Of a stretch of 39,128 nt of DNA, positions 22,969-35,397 are shown piece after piece. The position numbers and the translations under genes were made by a program. Under the pieces are notes generated by a model. It saw nothing but the letters and a program-made list of their open reading frames with translations. It was not told the DNA's origin and searched no databases. Within the stretch, counting starts at the first letter, position 1. Each line of letters opens with the position of its first letter. The stretch is from Dirinaria sp. TL-2023a (Eukaryota), in the NCBI GenBank assembly GCA_051941275.1, contig JAVEBF010000051.1, positions 1 to 39,128 on the forward strand, in the 5' to 3' direction.

Positions 22969-25812
22969 GACGTTGGCGGGGAGTGACTTTGTTGGATGCT
23001 CAGGTTGCGATCAATCGGCCTCACGCACATTTATATTCATCGCATCTACGTTCAAATCAAAATTTCTTGCCCATCATCCGCTCCGAAATGGCAGTATCAT
23101 CTTCGGCGTGTTTTGCACTAAGAGGAAGAAACGCGAAGAAAGAATGGAATGGGGATTGGGGAATGAGATGCGGCGAAGAGAATCAAGGGACGGCAGAAAA
23201 TTGGTGAAGGGAAGAGTCAAGTCTAAGCGGTCTTCCATCTCCATCTCGATTTGCGCTTCAACGACAACCAATGACACTCCCTCGCCGTTCGATTTTGGCT
23301 TCCCTGCAAGCATGTCTAGCCTGCTTAGCCTTGCCATCAACGTCACTGGAAATATTTGCCGAATCGCATCTCCGATCTTGTCCTTAGAAGAAAACGGGAG
23401 CCATGTCTGCTACTTGTACGAGTACTCGTACCTATTTCAGTCCACACAGCAAACAAACACGTCGCGGGGGCCGGTTTGACATGTGGCATTGGCAGCTTCG
23501 CAAAATATGTCCGATGCGATGATATGCAGAAAGTCCGCTCTTGACGCAGCCACTCACTCGAGTAACTGTCTATTGAGTAGGTACGAGTACCTTCTACGCC
23601 GTAACGACTGAACACTGGAGAGATATAATTTAGAACCAGCTCATCACTGAACAACCGAGTCTTATTATGTTGGAGAACCCTTAACAGATCCGCTTGAACT
23701 GCACTGCGTTCTGCGCTGGGAGAATCGACTTTCGATATCCTTGTGGTATTCAAAATGGATTCGCCCCCAAGTTCCGAGCCTGCCTGAACGTTTCAACTCA
23801 TGGCGCGATCATCTCCATTTAGCTTGTTACAGCCGAACCGAGCCTCCATGGCTACCGATCAACAATAATAAATCTCTTTGCCAAATGACAATTCTCGGCT
23901 CGCGCTTCGCAGACCTTCAATCTCTCAAGCATTAGGACGAGATTCTGTACAACTTAGCGCTTGGCGACATAGCTTTCCAAGCGTTCCATGTCTATATTCT
24001 CGCAACACAGCTTGGGATTCTGATGAATACTGTTGACCCAGTTTGCTGTCCCGCATGATGAGACTCTAGTTCACCTAATTATAGGTCGGCTGAGGGTGTC
24101 TATCCTTCATCTTAAGTGAAGCTTCAAATATATAATCCGGCTGCTTAGCCGTAGATTTTTGCTGCTTTAAGGTCCCCTGCTTGATTGACTTAAAGTCTTC
24201 GATGTGTTCTCCTACTGGTGAACCGGCAAGGTTCGTTTGCAGCCGAACTTCCGCCCAATCTCCAGCTTCTTGCAACAGAGCAAACCATGTTCTTTTTCTG
24301 TCCTGTTCTGTATTTTAGTTTGTCGTTTTCGTTTCAAGAAATTACCCAAGAGAAACCCAAAGCTACCTCCAAAGGTGGTATGCCAATATTGGCGTCTCAC
24401 AGGTAGATTACCCACTACTTTCCGGACGAGCGCTGCGTACGATGTCCTGGATTCTCATCTCATTAATTCACTACTTGTACGATGACTAGCATCGTCGCCG
24501 CATGTGCTGATCACGATCGAGTCTTGTCATGCTACTGGACGAAATGCCCGGCGTCTTGAGTCTGTGAGTGGCTCGGCCAGCATTGCTAAGGAATACTGAG
24601 TCTCTTTTCTTGGCAACCCAGGCCCTGGAGCTACCAATCGATGAGTATAAGTAGCTTCGCTTATTGGACACCTCAAGATAAGGGGGCCATTTTGTTCTGA
24701 CAGCTCAAGCAGGCGATGAGTCTAGCACCTTATCTCTTCGACTGTTCAACTTTGCCGCTCCCCTCGCCGTAGCGCTTTAATATCTTCCGATACAGTACGC
24801 TTCCATGGACTAACATACACCTAGACATTACGTGATGAACTATCGCTTTCGGACGGGGGAGGCAGGATCGCATGTCGGGCCTTAATGCTATGCATAGGTG
24901 ATTGAGGATATTTTAGACAAGAGACGGAAGCGTTCCCTTGGAGTGGGCTCATTATGTCATGAAAAAGAGGAGGACCTAATTATGATTGAAGAGATAGCGT
25001 TGAGGAAAATGCGAGAACGTGGATTTGCGACAAAGGAATGAATACTCTGCAAGCGTATCAAAGGAAACAGTAGAAACTAGGATGAGTGACTTCGAACGTT
25101 GCAGACTGAACAAGAGCCTATGGCTGTATAGTGCAACCTAAGGATATATTAATATTGATGTACATTATCCTGTTTTTCCTCGTTGCCAGATGCGGATCGT
25201 GGATAGATTCTTTATCATGTCGAAACCAAGTCTTTGTCAATGAAAGTATTCGTGACAATAATGCTACTGGAGAACTGAGTATGATCCCAATGTTTTACAA
25301 ATGCTCTGCGAATACCCGTGTTCAAAGTGTGTGCAGGCCAGTCAGAGCGACTACCTTACCTTAGGATGTGGCGGTGTTGGGATCCAAGCCATCTCCTCAG
25401 TAGCCCAGACAAATCTAGATTTCTCGCAGGTTTTCGGTTTGGCCCTTTGGGTGGGGGATCCCTCGAGTCTACCTAAGGTATCTTATGCTAAGGTGAACAA
25501 GTCACGTGACGACTCCGCTATCATCCTCGTCCTTTGTATGCGCAACTCGACGTCCCTGCAGTTGACCAAATCGCTGGCTCGTAGTTCTGGCTCCTGCTTT
25601 CAGCTCGAGCTCTTTTCACTGTACATACTGCAACTTATGTACATTTCGCTGTATCGTGCCGCGGCCACTCGGTGGCTTGTCTTGCTCGGGACTGGAGCGC
25701 CAATTGGATCGCCTCCCTCGAACGTGTGAAAGAGCCTGATTCGGTTCTCCCCACATTCGGACCTCTTTGCGCATGCACAGTGTGTACACATTCGCCTCTC
25801 AGCTCCGACAAC

Positions 25813-28800
25813 ATGACCAAGGGCCACAATCCCACCAAGCATGTCTCCAACGCCGGGCATAAGGTCGCTCGACGATTTCACGACAAAGTGATGGGCGCGT
25901 CTGAGCCCAGCCCAAGAGGAGCTCAACCACAACTGCGGACCGGTCAGAACGACTTGTGAGTGTCAGCGATCTCATTACTGATGTGCGCATTCTTGCTACC
26001 TGTTGTTGGGGGGTGTTAGTGATTCCTCAGAGAGCCTATGTCGGAACGCTCGACTCGTGACCAGATAAAGGTTGCTACTGGGCTATAGCAGGAAACGGTG
26101 CCACCTACACCACCATGGATTCACACACTTTCTTCTTATACGTTCCTCCCAAACTCCACAGTGCGAAGATTGCCTTGCAGCTGCCATTGCAACTTGCCGG
26201 TTGGCAAGCCTAGGGCGGAATGGGGTGTGTTACAAAACGCAGAGCCCAGAAACCAGCCACGAGGACCACATTGCTTTGGCATTTGCCAGTGATCAGGCTA
26301 ATACTCGTCTGTATTCCAGGAACTCGACCCAATATGAGGCATCGCCGGACACCCCATCGGCTACCACCTTCTGGTCAGAATCACCCGATGACTCTCCTCA
26401 AGATCCCCTCATGTCAGGCACTATCCGAGATTTTCAGCGCGAGCTCGGAAATGCAGACCCCTCGACATCGAACAGAATCGCAAGTGCGAAGAATGGAATG
26501 GCATCGCAGGGTCGAAATGCCGACATCGCCCCTTGGGCCAGCGACAATTCTTTCAGCACTGGTTCCTTCGATGCGAGGGATCTTTCGAGCCGAAGCGGTG
26601 CAAGCGATTTTCAAGATCCTGTATTCCGTAGTGATGACCGGAGGCCGTCGGTAATAAGCGCTACAAGCGTCAGTAGTCAAGCTTCAAAAAATTCAATGCC
26701 TACGAACAATCGACGTGCGCACAACAAGAAGCTTGCTGGGTTCTTCAACGAGGATAGCAGAGAATCATCCAAGAGCTCGGACACAAGCATAGCAACGACA
26801 GGTCAACGAGATCATTCAACTTCTTCACGTTCCAGGCGAAACAATTCTGTACATACGAACAACAGTACTGAAGGAAGACCAATATCCGAGAACAGCTCAA
26901 GGCCCCGAACCCCACCATCTAGCGAAGTCACTCCATGGCTTTTCCAAGATTTCAAGGTATGTCCACGTGTTCGTGTTTGTAATATAACTTTTCGCAAGTT
27001 TGCTTCTTGGCTGGGTGGCCCCGCGACTACTATTGGATTGTTCAAGCGCATAGAGGAATCTCGAGAGTGCAAAAAGACAAACACACTCACAATTGCATTC
27101 TCGTATCCGCACGGCGTCTTTAAATTAGCTTTGGCCGCACACCTCCGACGCACATATACCTCTGGTGCTTCGTTGTGCTCTTCCCGAGCCCAGTCTGATT
27201 CTGAGACTTACTCTTTCTCATTTCGTTGCGTTCGTCTTAAGGTCGGGGAAGGCGGTTGAGACGATGGGTTTGGTGGCTTCTTGCTTTTCTATTTTCGGTT
27301 TCGACACTTTCTGTACTCCCAAACATTCAGAGCGATCTGGGCCTTCGAGAAGACAAACACAGTCAGACACTAATGAAACATTGGTGCAGGAAATCCAGCA
27401 TTTTGGGGATGCTCTAGTCAGGGGTGCTCCTGCCGGACCTGACAGGGAACGATACACGGAAACGGATCCTTCCATGTCTTATACACATCATCATCACCAC
27501 CGACTTCATCTACCAGGCCACGGTCACCGACATTCGCGAAGCAGAGATGAACCAACGCCGCCAAAACCTCCCGCCAAAGATCCGAGCAATGGTCATGCTG
27601 TACGGCCTACAAAGGCACGCCAGGACTCTTCAGCTAGTATTCGGAACTTGAAGGACTCTATATCTGCCCCTATTGCTACCAGAAGTACATTTCCAATAAG
27701 AACTACAAGCCCCACGCCAAGCAGAGAAAGTGGTATCAGCCGTGAAGCAACCATGCCCGTTCAACGATCCCCAGCTGATGCGCATGGTGGAAAACGGTCG
27801 TTCCTGGACAAAATACGCCGCCCTAAAGGTGATCGCGGTGCCCACGATTCGCTGGCGCATCTTGCCGGTTCGACGAAATCACTACAAGACTCCATTAACA
27901 GTTCTAAATACGATGTCTCTGAGCTATCTCCCCACAGTCGAGGTAGAGAAGCGAGTGTGGCTACTTTCGATAGTGGCTCCACGGCTAGACCCGGCGATTA
28001 CGGTGAAGAATTCTCTCCTATCTCCAAAAAAGAAACCACCTCGTCGCGCATACTACACAGCCATGGAAAATTTCCAAGGCCTAGGAGAGGTTTTAGCTAT
28101 GAGAGTCAAAGCTCCAAAGAAGCAGAAAGGGCACGCCAGAACTCTGGTCCTAAGGATTCATTGTTCAGTCTAGACACTAATTTAGACGACATGGAAGGCA
28201 TTCTCAAAAAGCCCGATGACCCATCGATGAACCCTCCGCATGGGGGCATATTCACTGGGGAGCCGATCGAGGAGGAGCCTCGGAAGGTTCTCTTGGACTC
28301 GGCTCACGCTGACCCAGGCGCATGGGACGCCCCGGATTCTTGGGCGGTGAAGCGGGTAGGCGATGAAAACATGGGCCGATTACGGGAAATTGACGAAGCA
28401 GGTATACCGCAGAAGGTTGAAGATGATGGTACACCTCACTGTGTGCGGGTATTCCGAATCGATTCTACTTTTGCTACAGTCTCCACTGGCGTGAATACAA
28501 CTGTGGCAGAGATTCTACAGATCCTAGGCAAGAAGTCCTTCTTACAAGACGAACTGGACAACTACCAGATTATAATGCGCAAAAAAGATTTACAGAGGCA
28601 ACTTGCGCCTGGAGAAAGGCCTGTAGCGATTCAAAAACGGCTGCTCGAGCAGGCTGGCTATACGGCCAAGGATCGCATTGAAGAAATCGGCCGAGAAGAC
28701 AACAGCTATCTTTGTCGCTTTACCTTCGTTCCGACGAAGCTTAGTGGTTATTATAGCCTCGAGAAAGACCCCACCCACAGTAAGATGCAGAAGTTCAGTT

Positions 28801-31800
28801 CTGTCGACCTCTCTGGTAGAAGCTTGGTAACGATACCCATTACACTCTATCAGAAGGCAACAGAGATCATCTCTCTCAACCTTTCACGCAACCTTGCGCT
28901 TGACGTACCCAAAGACTTCATTCAAGGGTGTATCAACTTACGAGAGATCAAATTCATTGGTAATGAGGCATGGCAGCTTCCGCCGAGCTTCAGCCTGGCC
29001 ACGAGGCTGACCGTGCTCGATTTGTCTAATAACCGACTAGAGCAACTCGAACACGCGGAGCTGGACAAGCTGCAGAGCCTGACAAGTATCAAACTTTCGA
29101 ACAACAGATTGAGTCGTCTCCCAAACTACTTTGCAAAGTACAAGGCTCTGAGGAGTCTTAATTTGTCGTCTAATTACTTCGAGACCTTCCCGGACTTCAT
29201 ATGCGATCTGAAGTCGTTAGTTGATCTGGACATAAGCTTTAACTCGATCAAAGCTCTCCCAAGAATCGGACAGCTGACCGCTTTGGAGCGGCTGTGGGCT
29301 ACGAATAACATGCTTTCCGGGACCTTTATTGAAGAAATTCAAAACCTCAAGAACCTGAAGGAGATTGACGTCCGGTTCAACGCACTCTCAAGTATAGATA
29401 TTTTGTGCCAATTACCTCGACTAGAGCAGTTGATGGTTGGCCATAATGCGGTGTCGCAGTTCAAGGGCAGTTTCAACAAGATTCGGATCCTCTATCTTGA
29501 CCATAATCCCGTAACCGTATTCGATCTTAAAGCGCCTGCGCCGGGACTGGCATCACTGAATATTGCCTCAGCAAAGCTATCCCAGCTGGACGACGCTCTA
29601 TTTGACAAGATGCCCAATTTAACTAAACTCAACCTTGACAAGAATCACTTCGCAAGCCTGTCCAGTGAAATCTGCAAGTTAAGCAGATTGGAGTATTTGA
29701 GCATTGCACAGAACTCCCTCAGTTTTTTGCCGGCAAGTATAGGGAAGCTTGAGAGGTTACATTTTTTGGATGTTCGAGAATGCAATCTGAAGAAATTGCC
29801 ACCTGAGATTTGGAACTGCTACAGGCTTGACACTCTCAATGTGTCTTCCAACGTTTTGGAAACTTTCCCTAAGCTTGTTCCGCAGACACCACAGCAGGAT
29901 AAAGCAGCAAATGATCCGAGTACTGCCGGAAAGGACAATCCTTCTACGCCTGCATCTGCGACCGATGAATTGGGAAAACTTGAGGAATTCCAGAGTAGAA
30001 AGCCCAGCCAATCTGCCGGTGGACTTTTGAGCGTCGGTAATTCACCGGCAGGCGACAACACGAGGAATGGTTCCATTGTTTCTATATACGGTCCCGGAGG
30101 CCGTAAAGCGTCAGTAGTGTCCAGAAGCCCCACCGATGGGCCAATGAATCCAAATGACCGAAAGGATTCAGCCAAAGCTCACCAGAAGCTCGCAAAGACA
30201 TTTGCGAGCTCGCTGCGTCACCTATACATAGCGGACAACCGTTTGACCGACGATGTATTTGATGAGATCAACATGCTTCCAGAGTTAAGGGTACTCAACC
30301 TCTCCTACAATGAGCTATATGACATCCCTCAAGGCTCGCTCCGTCGGTGGCAGCACATTAATGAGCTCTATTTGTCGGGGAACGAGTTGACCAGTCTTCC
30401 GTCAGAAGATCTAGAGGAGATTACCTCGCTCAAGGTATTACACATCAACGGTAATAAGTTCCAGCAGCTCCCTGCGGAACTGGGAAAGCTTCATAAACTC
30501 GCAATATTAGATGTTGGCAGCAACCATCTCAGGTACAATATCTCGAATTGGCCCTATGACTGGAACTGGAATTGGAACAGAAATCTCAAGTACCTCAATT
30601 TTTCTGGTAACAAGCGCTTCAATATCAAACCCAGTCGAGGTTTCGGCACCGCAGGAGGACAGCAGATAGACCTTACCAGCTTTTCCACTTTAAACAGCCT
30701 TCGAATTCTCGGCCTAATGGATGTCACACTGACAACTCCAGCTGTGCCCGAGCAGAACGAAGATCGAAGGGTACGCACATCTGGTTCGCTAGCAGGGGCC
30801 ATGACCTATGGTATGGCCGATAGCCTTGGGAAGCACGAGCATCTCTCAACTATCGATATGATGGTACCTAAATTTCGAGGGCATGAGACAGAAACACTTC
30901 TTGGGATGTTCGATGGCCAAGCCTCCTCAGCTGGAGGCTCGAAATTAGCGCAGTATCTTCATGACAATTTCCAGATCCAATTCTCAGAAGAATTGAGCAA
31001 ATTAATACCCGACAAAGACACGCCAACCGACGCCTTGAGAAGGACGTTCTTAGCATTGAATAAGGATCTTGCGACCGCTGCAAGCCAGTCGTTTGATGAA
31101 AAGGAGCACCGAACTCCTCAAATCGGCCACCGAGGGTCTATCGCAGCGCAGAAGCTTACGGCGGATGATATCAACGCAGGCGGTGTTGCCACTGTCGCGT
31201 TTCTTGACAATATGGAACTGTACCTGGCCAACGTGGGAGATGCTCAAGCGTACCTTTTCCAATCGGACGGGGGCTCCAGAAGTTTGAGCCGCAAGCATAG
31301 CCCTGAGCGGGAACGGGAGAGAATTAGAGATGCTGGAGGCTATGTTTCGCGTCATGGAAAACTCAACGATGTCTTGGAAGTCTCGCGGGCTTTTGGATAT
31401 ATACAAATGATGCCGGCCGTTATGGCCGCGCCTGAAGTTACCCAGATTACCCTCAAGGAAAACGACGAAATGATCTTGATCGCCTCCAGGGAACTATGGG
31501 AATACCTCAGTCCAGAATTCGTCGTTGACGTTGCGCGTTCCGAGCGTGGAGATTTGATGCGAGCAGCTCAAAAGTTGCGTGATCTGGCCATGGCTTTTGG
31601 TGCAACGGGCAAGATTATGGTCATGATAATTGGCGTCAGTGACCTCAAGAAGCGTGAGCGCAACCGTTATAGGGGACAAAGTCTGTCAATGGGTCCTACC
31701 CGCGAGCAAGATGATCTATTCCCTACCAAGACCAGGACCAAACGCCGGGAGACAGACCGTCCCGATGATTCAATCTTGCAAAGACTCGATAAAGAGATTG

Positions 31801-33037
31801 AAGCCCCTACAGGAGATTTAGCAATTGTCTTTACGGATATTAAAAGCTCGACGGCGCTTTGGGAGTCGAATGATCTCGCAATGCGGGCAGCGATCAAAAT
31901 CCACAACCAGACTATGAGACGGCAATTGCGTCTTATCGGTGGGTATGAAGTTAAGACTGAAGGTGACGCTTTCATGGTTTGCTTTCCAACAGCCACTTCT
32001 GCCCTCTTGTGGTGCTTCAATGCCCAACAGGCGCTTATAGACGCCCCATGGCCTAGTGAGATCCTCAACAGCGTCCACTGTCAGGAAGTGCAGGACGCAG
32101 ACGACACTGTGATATTCCGTGGGCTTTCAGTCCGCATGGGTATTCACTGGGGAAACCCTGTATGTGAAATGGATCCAGTGACAAGACGTATGGATTACTT
32201 TGGACCCATGGTTAATCGAGCAGCCCGTGTCTCGGCGGCAGCAGACGGCGGACAGATCTTCGTCTCGTCGGACTTCATTGGTGAGGTCCAACGCACGCTC
32301 GAAACCTACGTTGACTCCGAGCGATCTGGGTCTACAGACTCAGAGGAAAGCATGAGTGACGACGCTATGAGCACGGCAATCCGTCGGGAGCTAAGATCTC
32401 TTAGCAGTCAAGGGTTCGAAGTCAAGGATCTGGGCCTGATGAAATTGAAAGGTCTTGAGAATGCAGAATATGTCTACATGATGTATCCGCATTCGCTAGC
32501 CGGCCGATTAACAGCGAAGCAGCAACAAGCTGATGCCGAGGCCGCCGCTGCCGCGAATCAAGCTGCGAGCATGTCGAAAGATAGCCAGCTCGCAATCGAC
32601 ACGCAGAACGTGTGGGATTTGTGGAGTGTTAGTCTGCGACTTGAGATGCTTTGTAGCGTCCTGGAATGCCCCGATGCCACCTCATTGCAGCCTCCCGAAA
32701 CATCGCTTTTGGAAAGAATGAAGAACCGAGGTGGGGAGCAGACTGATAGATTCATGGTTTCGTTTTTGGAGCACCAAATCTCGCGCATTGAGGTATGTTC
32801 GGCCTTCACCGATCCCTGCTTCCTGCCGGTCCCACCCCGACTACATGTACTGACTAATGGTCTCAGACTTGTGTCACGACGCTCTCTATGCGCAATCTTA
32901 TTAGGCCATTTGAGGCTGGTCGCAGTCTTCTGGAGCAAGCGTGCCCGATGGATGATGTACTGCAGGAACTCTCCGCACAGCTAGCGGAGTTCAAGGCGTT
33001 GAAGAATAAGACCGGCCCAAACATTCATCCGGCCTGA
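25813..33037 (+). CDS. CYR1: Fungal adenylate cyclase, about 2117 aa; exons 25813-25955 (tentative), 26320-26956, 27390-32792, 32867-33037
   Basis: G-alpha-binding region (LDTNLDDMEGI), WDAPDSW, Ras-association domain (CVRVFRIDSTF), many LRRs, PP2C-like domain (GMFDG), class III cyclase (IVFTDIKSST, VKTEGDAFMV, RMGIHWG, DYFGPMVNRAARV) and a C-terminal helical segment. Introns 25956-26319, 26957-27389 and 32793-32866 have consensus donor, branch and acceptor sites and preserve frame. Exon 1 is supported only by phase match and ATG context. Confidence 0.95.
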
Positions 33038-33361
33038 TTCTTCTTAATCAAGGGGGCCGCTCGGCCACACTGATGGGCATTGCGAAGGCGTTATCAGGCT
33101 GCGGGGTCATGGGATCACGAGCGAACGCCGTTATGTAACGTCCAAGCCGGCAGGTGTACATCGGCTATACAATTAGGTACTCATTTGGATGACCGCTACT
33201 GGGAAGAGGTGTTGGGGTCCATGCATGGCCGGCTGTCGAGAGTACAAAATCGGGATTGGATAGCTTTCGATTTATATCGATTATATGTACAAGGTAATGC
33301 GCATTGTTCACATGATATCCATCAATTCACCAGGAATTCGCTAAATCCGACGGGTCATCGC

Positions 33362-34633
33362 TTATGGCGTCCCGTCCTTCTCTTGAGCTACTCTGAGCTC
33401 GCTCATTGCCTTCTGTGCCCCGCCGATTGCGAGATCTACCTGACCCTTCGCCTTCCCCTCCACATGCCCGTCCGGCATAGCTTGCACACCCGGATGTCTT
33501 GATCCCTTGTCCTTGGGCTTCTTAACTTTCTTCTTTTCTGACGGTGCAGGCGGATAAGCTTTCTGCTCAACGTCTTGCCATTCCTTCGAGGCTCGGAACT
33601 CGGCCTGTATGGGCGCCAGCAGGTCCATTAAAGCAGCCGTGACAGCTGGTTTGAGCAGTTGCGGCGTCAACACGTCGGATGCGTAGTCCGACTTCATCTG
33701 CTGTATGGAAGTGTAGGTCAAAGGCTCTTGCGGCTCCTCACCATCATCGGTCTTCTTCGGTCTCCGCTCGACGACAAACCTAGGCTCGCCATTGTTGATC
33801 AGCCCAGAGACGGGCAGTAGGACGTATTCCACGAAGCTTAATACGCCGTTCCCTTCCACCTCTTTCGGCGCTGCGTGCGCTTTTTTGAGCTTCCTAGTCA
33901 CCACCTCCGCTGCGTCAAGCACATCGATCTTGCTGTCCGGCTCACTGCTTGACATTTTGCCGCCGGCCAACCCCGGCACCATCGGATTCATGAGATGTGC
34001 TCGTTCCTTATAGCCGACTTTCGGTAACGTCTCCGCCGCAAGCGCGAAGATCTTCCTTTGGTCCACGCCCCCGAATTGCGCATCGACTCCCAGATGTTGC
34101 TCGTCTAATGCTTGCATGAGCGGATAGATGAGCCCACTCAAGGTCGCGTTATCAACCTGCTTCACCACCTCCGCGCCGGCCTTCTTGGCATCGTGCTCCG
34201 TCACCACCGAGCTCAACCGGAACAGATCCATGGTGTATTCCGCGCTCAACTGGTAGGAGCTGCCGAGCACAAACTCCAACTTTTCGATCGGGACCTTGAT
34301 CACTTTCAACAGGGCCACGATGAGGAACCGGTAGTATTCGGCGCGGTGTTTGACGAGCTCGATGGGCGCTTTGAGGTTGTCGAGGAAGCCATGGATGTCG
34401 GCGAGCAGGATCTTGACCGTGCAGCCGGCGCGGAGGAAGTGGGCGATCTTGAGGATGGGGACGAAGTAGCCGCAGTGTGGCCGGCCCGTCGTCGCCGTGC
34501 CCCAGTAAATGACCAGCGGCCGCTTCTGGTTCTTGATCACGTCCTCAATGATCTCTGGTTTCAGGACTTCCTGCAGGTTTTCGTGGATCAGGGCGATTTT
34601 CTCGTCGGCGCTGAGGTCGGCGGTGGCGGCCAT
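33362..34633 (-). CDS. TYS1: Cytosolic tyrosyl-tRNA synthetase, 423 aa, single exon
   Basis: YWGTATTGRPHCGY (HIGH equivalent), YPLMQALDE, QFGGVDQRKIF and KMSSS. Confidence 0.97.
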   Translation of the reverse strand: MAATADLSADEKIALIHENLQEVLKPEIIEDVIKNQKRPLVIYWGTATTGRPHCGYFVPILKIAHFLRAGCTVKILLADIHGFLDNLKAPIELVKHRAEYYRFLIVALLKVIKVPIEKLEFVLGSSYQLSAEYTMDLFRLSSVVTEHDAKKAGAEVVKQVDNATLSGLIYPLMQALDEQHLGVDAQFGGVDQRKIFALAAETLPKVGYKERAHLMNPMVPGLAGGKMSSSEPDSKIDVLDAAEVVTRKLKKAHAAPKEVEGNGVLSFVEYVLLPVSGLINNGEPRFVVERRPKKTDDGEEPQEPLTYTSIQQMKSDYASDVLTPQLLKPAVTAALMDLLAPIQAEFRASKEWQDVEQKAYPPAPSEKKKVKKPKDKGSRHPGVQAMPDGHVEGKAKGQVDLAIGGAQKAMSELRVAQEKDGTP

Positions 34634-35397
34634 TGTGCGTAAACGGAGGCTGGGTAGGGGCAGGGTAGTAGTAAAGCACTGGCATACTCTGTAGCTGGTT
34701 CTGTCTGGATGCGTTTATTCCGACTCATCGACCGAACGCGCTGACCACCACTGCCTTACTCATCTTTTCATATTTCTTGGCAAATTTTGCTACGGAGTAA
34801 TAGTCGCTCAGATACATCATACGTGAATGCCAAGCGAGCCAAGCACGCCAAGTTCATCGCTTGGAGCGGACAAGCGGCAGCTAAAGTGATTAGACGCTGA
34901 TCACTGCAAAGTGTGCGAGCTAATGCAGGCTTAGTGGCTTCCTTATCGATAGCGCATCGTCCCGCCAACTCTCCAGCCTTCGATTTCCTCATATTTGGAT
35001 TGACTTTTCGTAGCCACCGAGTATTCTACCAACGAGATCACTCTATCCCATGTCAATCCTCACAGAAAAGTGTCAATCTTTAATCTAGCTGGCTGGTTGT
35101 ACGCGTCAGATGGTGGCTGGAAGAAAACCCGGTGGTTAGCATTATTTGCGGAATCGTAAATATCTCTATCGCTCTGCAAGTACCCCCTTCCGCTTCACCT
35201 TCCCACAAACATTGTTACTGCAAAGTAGCTATCCGTATTCCTCTACCCGTATCCTTTGAATCATCAATCCATCTATCCTTCTGTCACTGCGTATCCAATA
35301 TCTTCACAGTAGCTGTTTATTGGTGCTTGCAGGTCTATCTTCCCTCCACGAGCAAGAGCTCGCTCTCGCCATCCTACTCTCCACCCCACTCCTCAGC

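Noticed and set aside
23000..25750. Short ORFs in the long intergenic region upstream of CYR1
   Set aside because: No protein-like motifs, coherent exon structure or transposon hallmarks were visible.
26115..26213. Strong-context ATG (CACCATGG) with a 32-aa ORF in CYR1 intron 1
   Set aside because: It is out of frame with the cyclase, and I found no donor of the right phase to join it to exon 2.
30800..31640. Degenerate PP2C domain in adenylate cyclase (IASRELWE instead of DGLWD)
   Set aside because: This is a known general feature of fungal adenylate cyclases, not novel.
27165..32984. The 1939-aa ORF taken as the complete adenylate cyclase
   Set aside because: It starts at a GTG inside an intron and reads through the final intron (32793-32866). 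The spliced C-terminus TCVTTLSMRNL...HPA ending at 33037 fits better.
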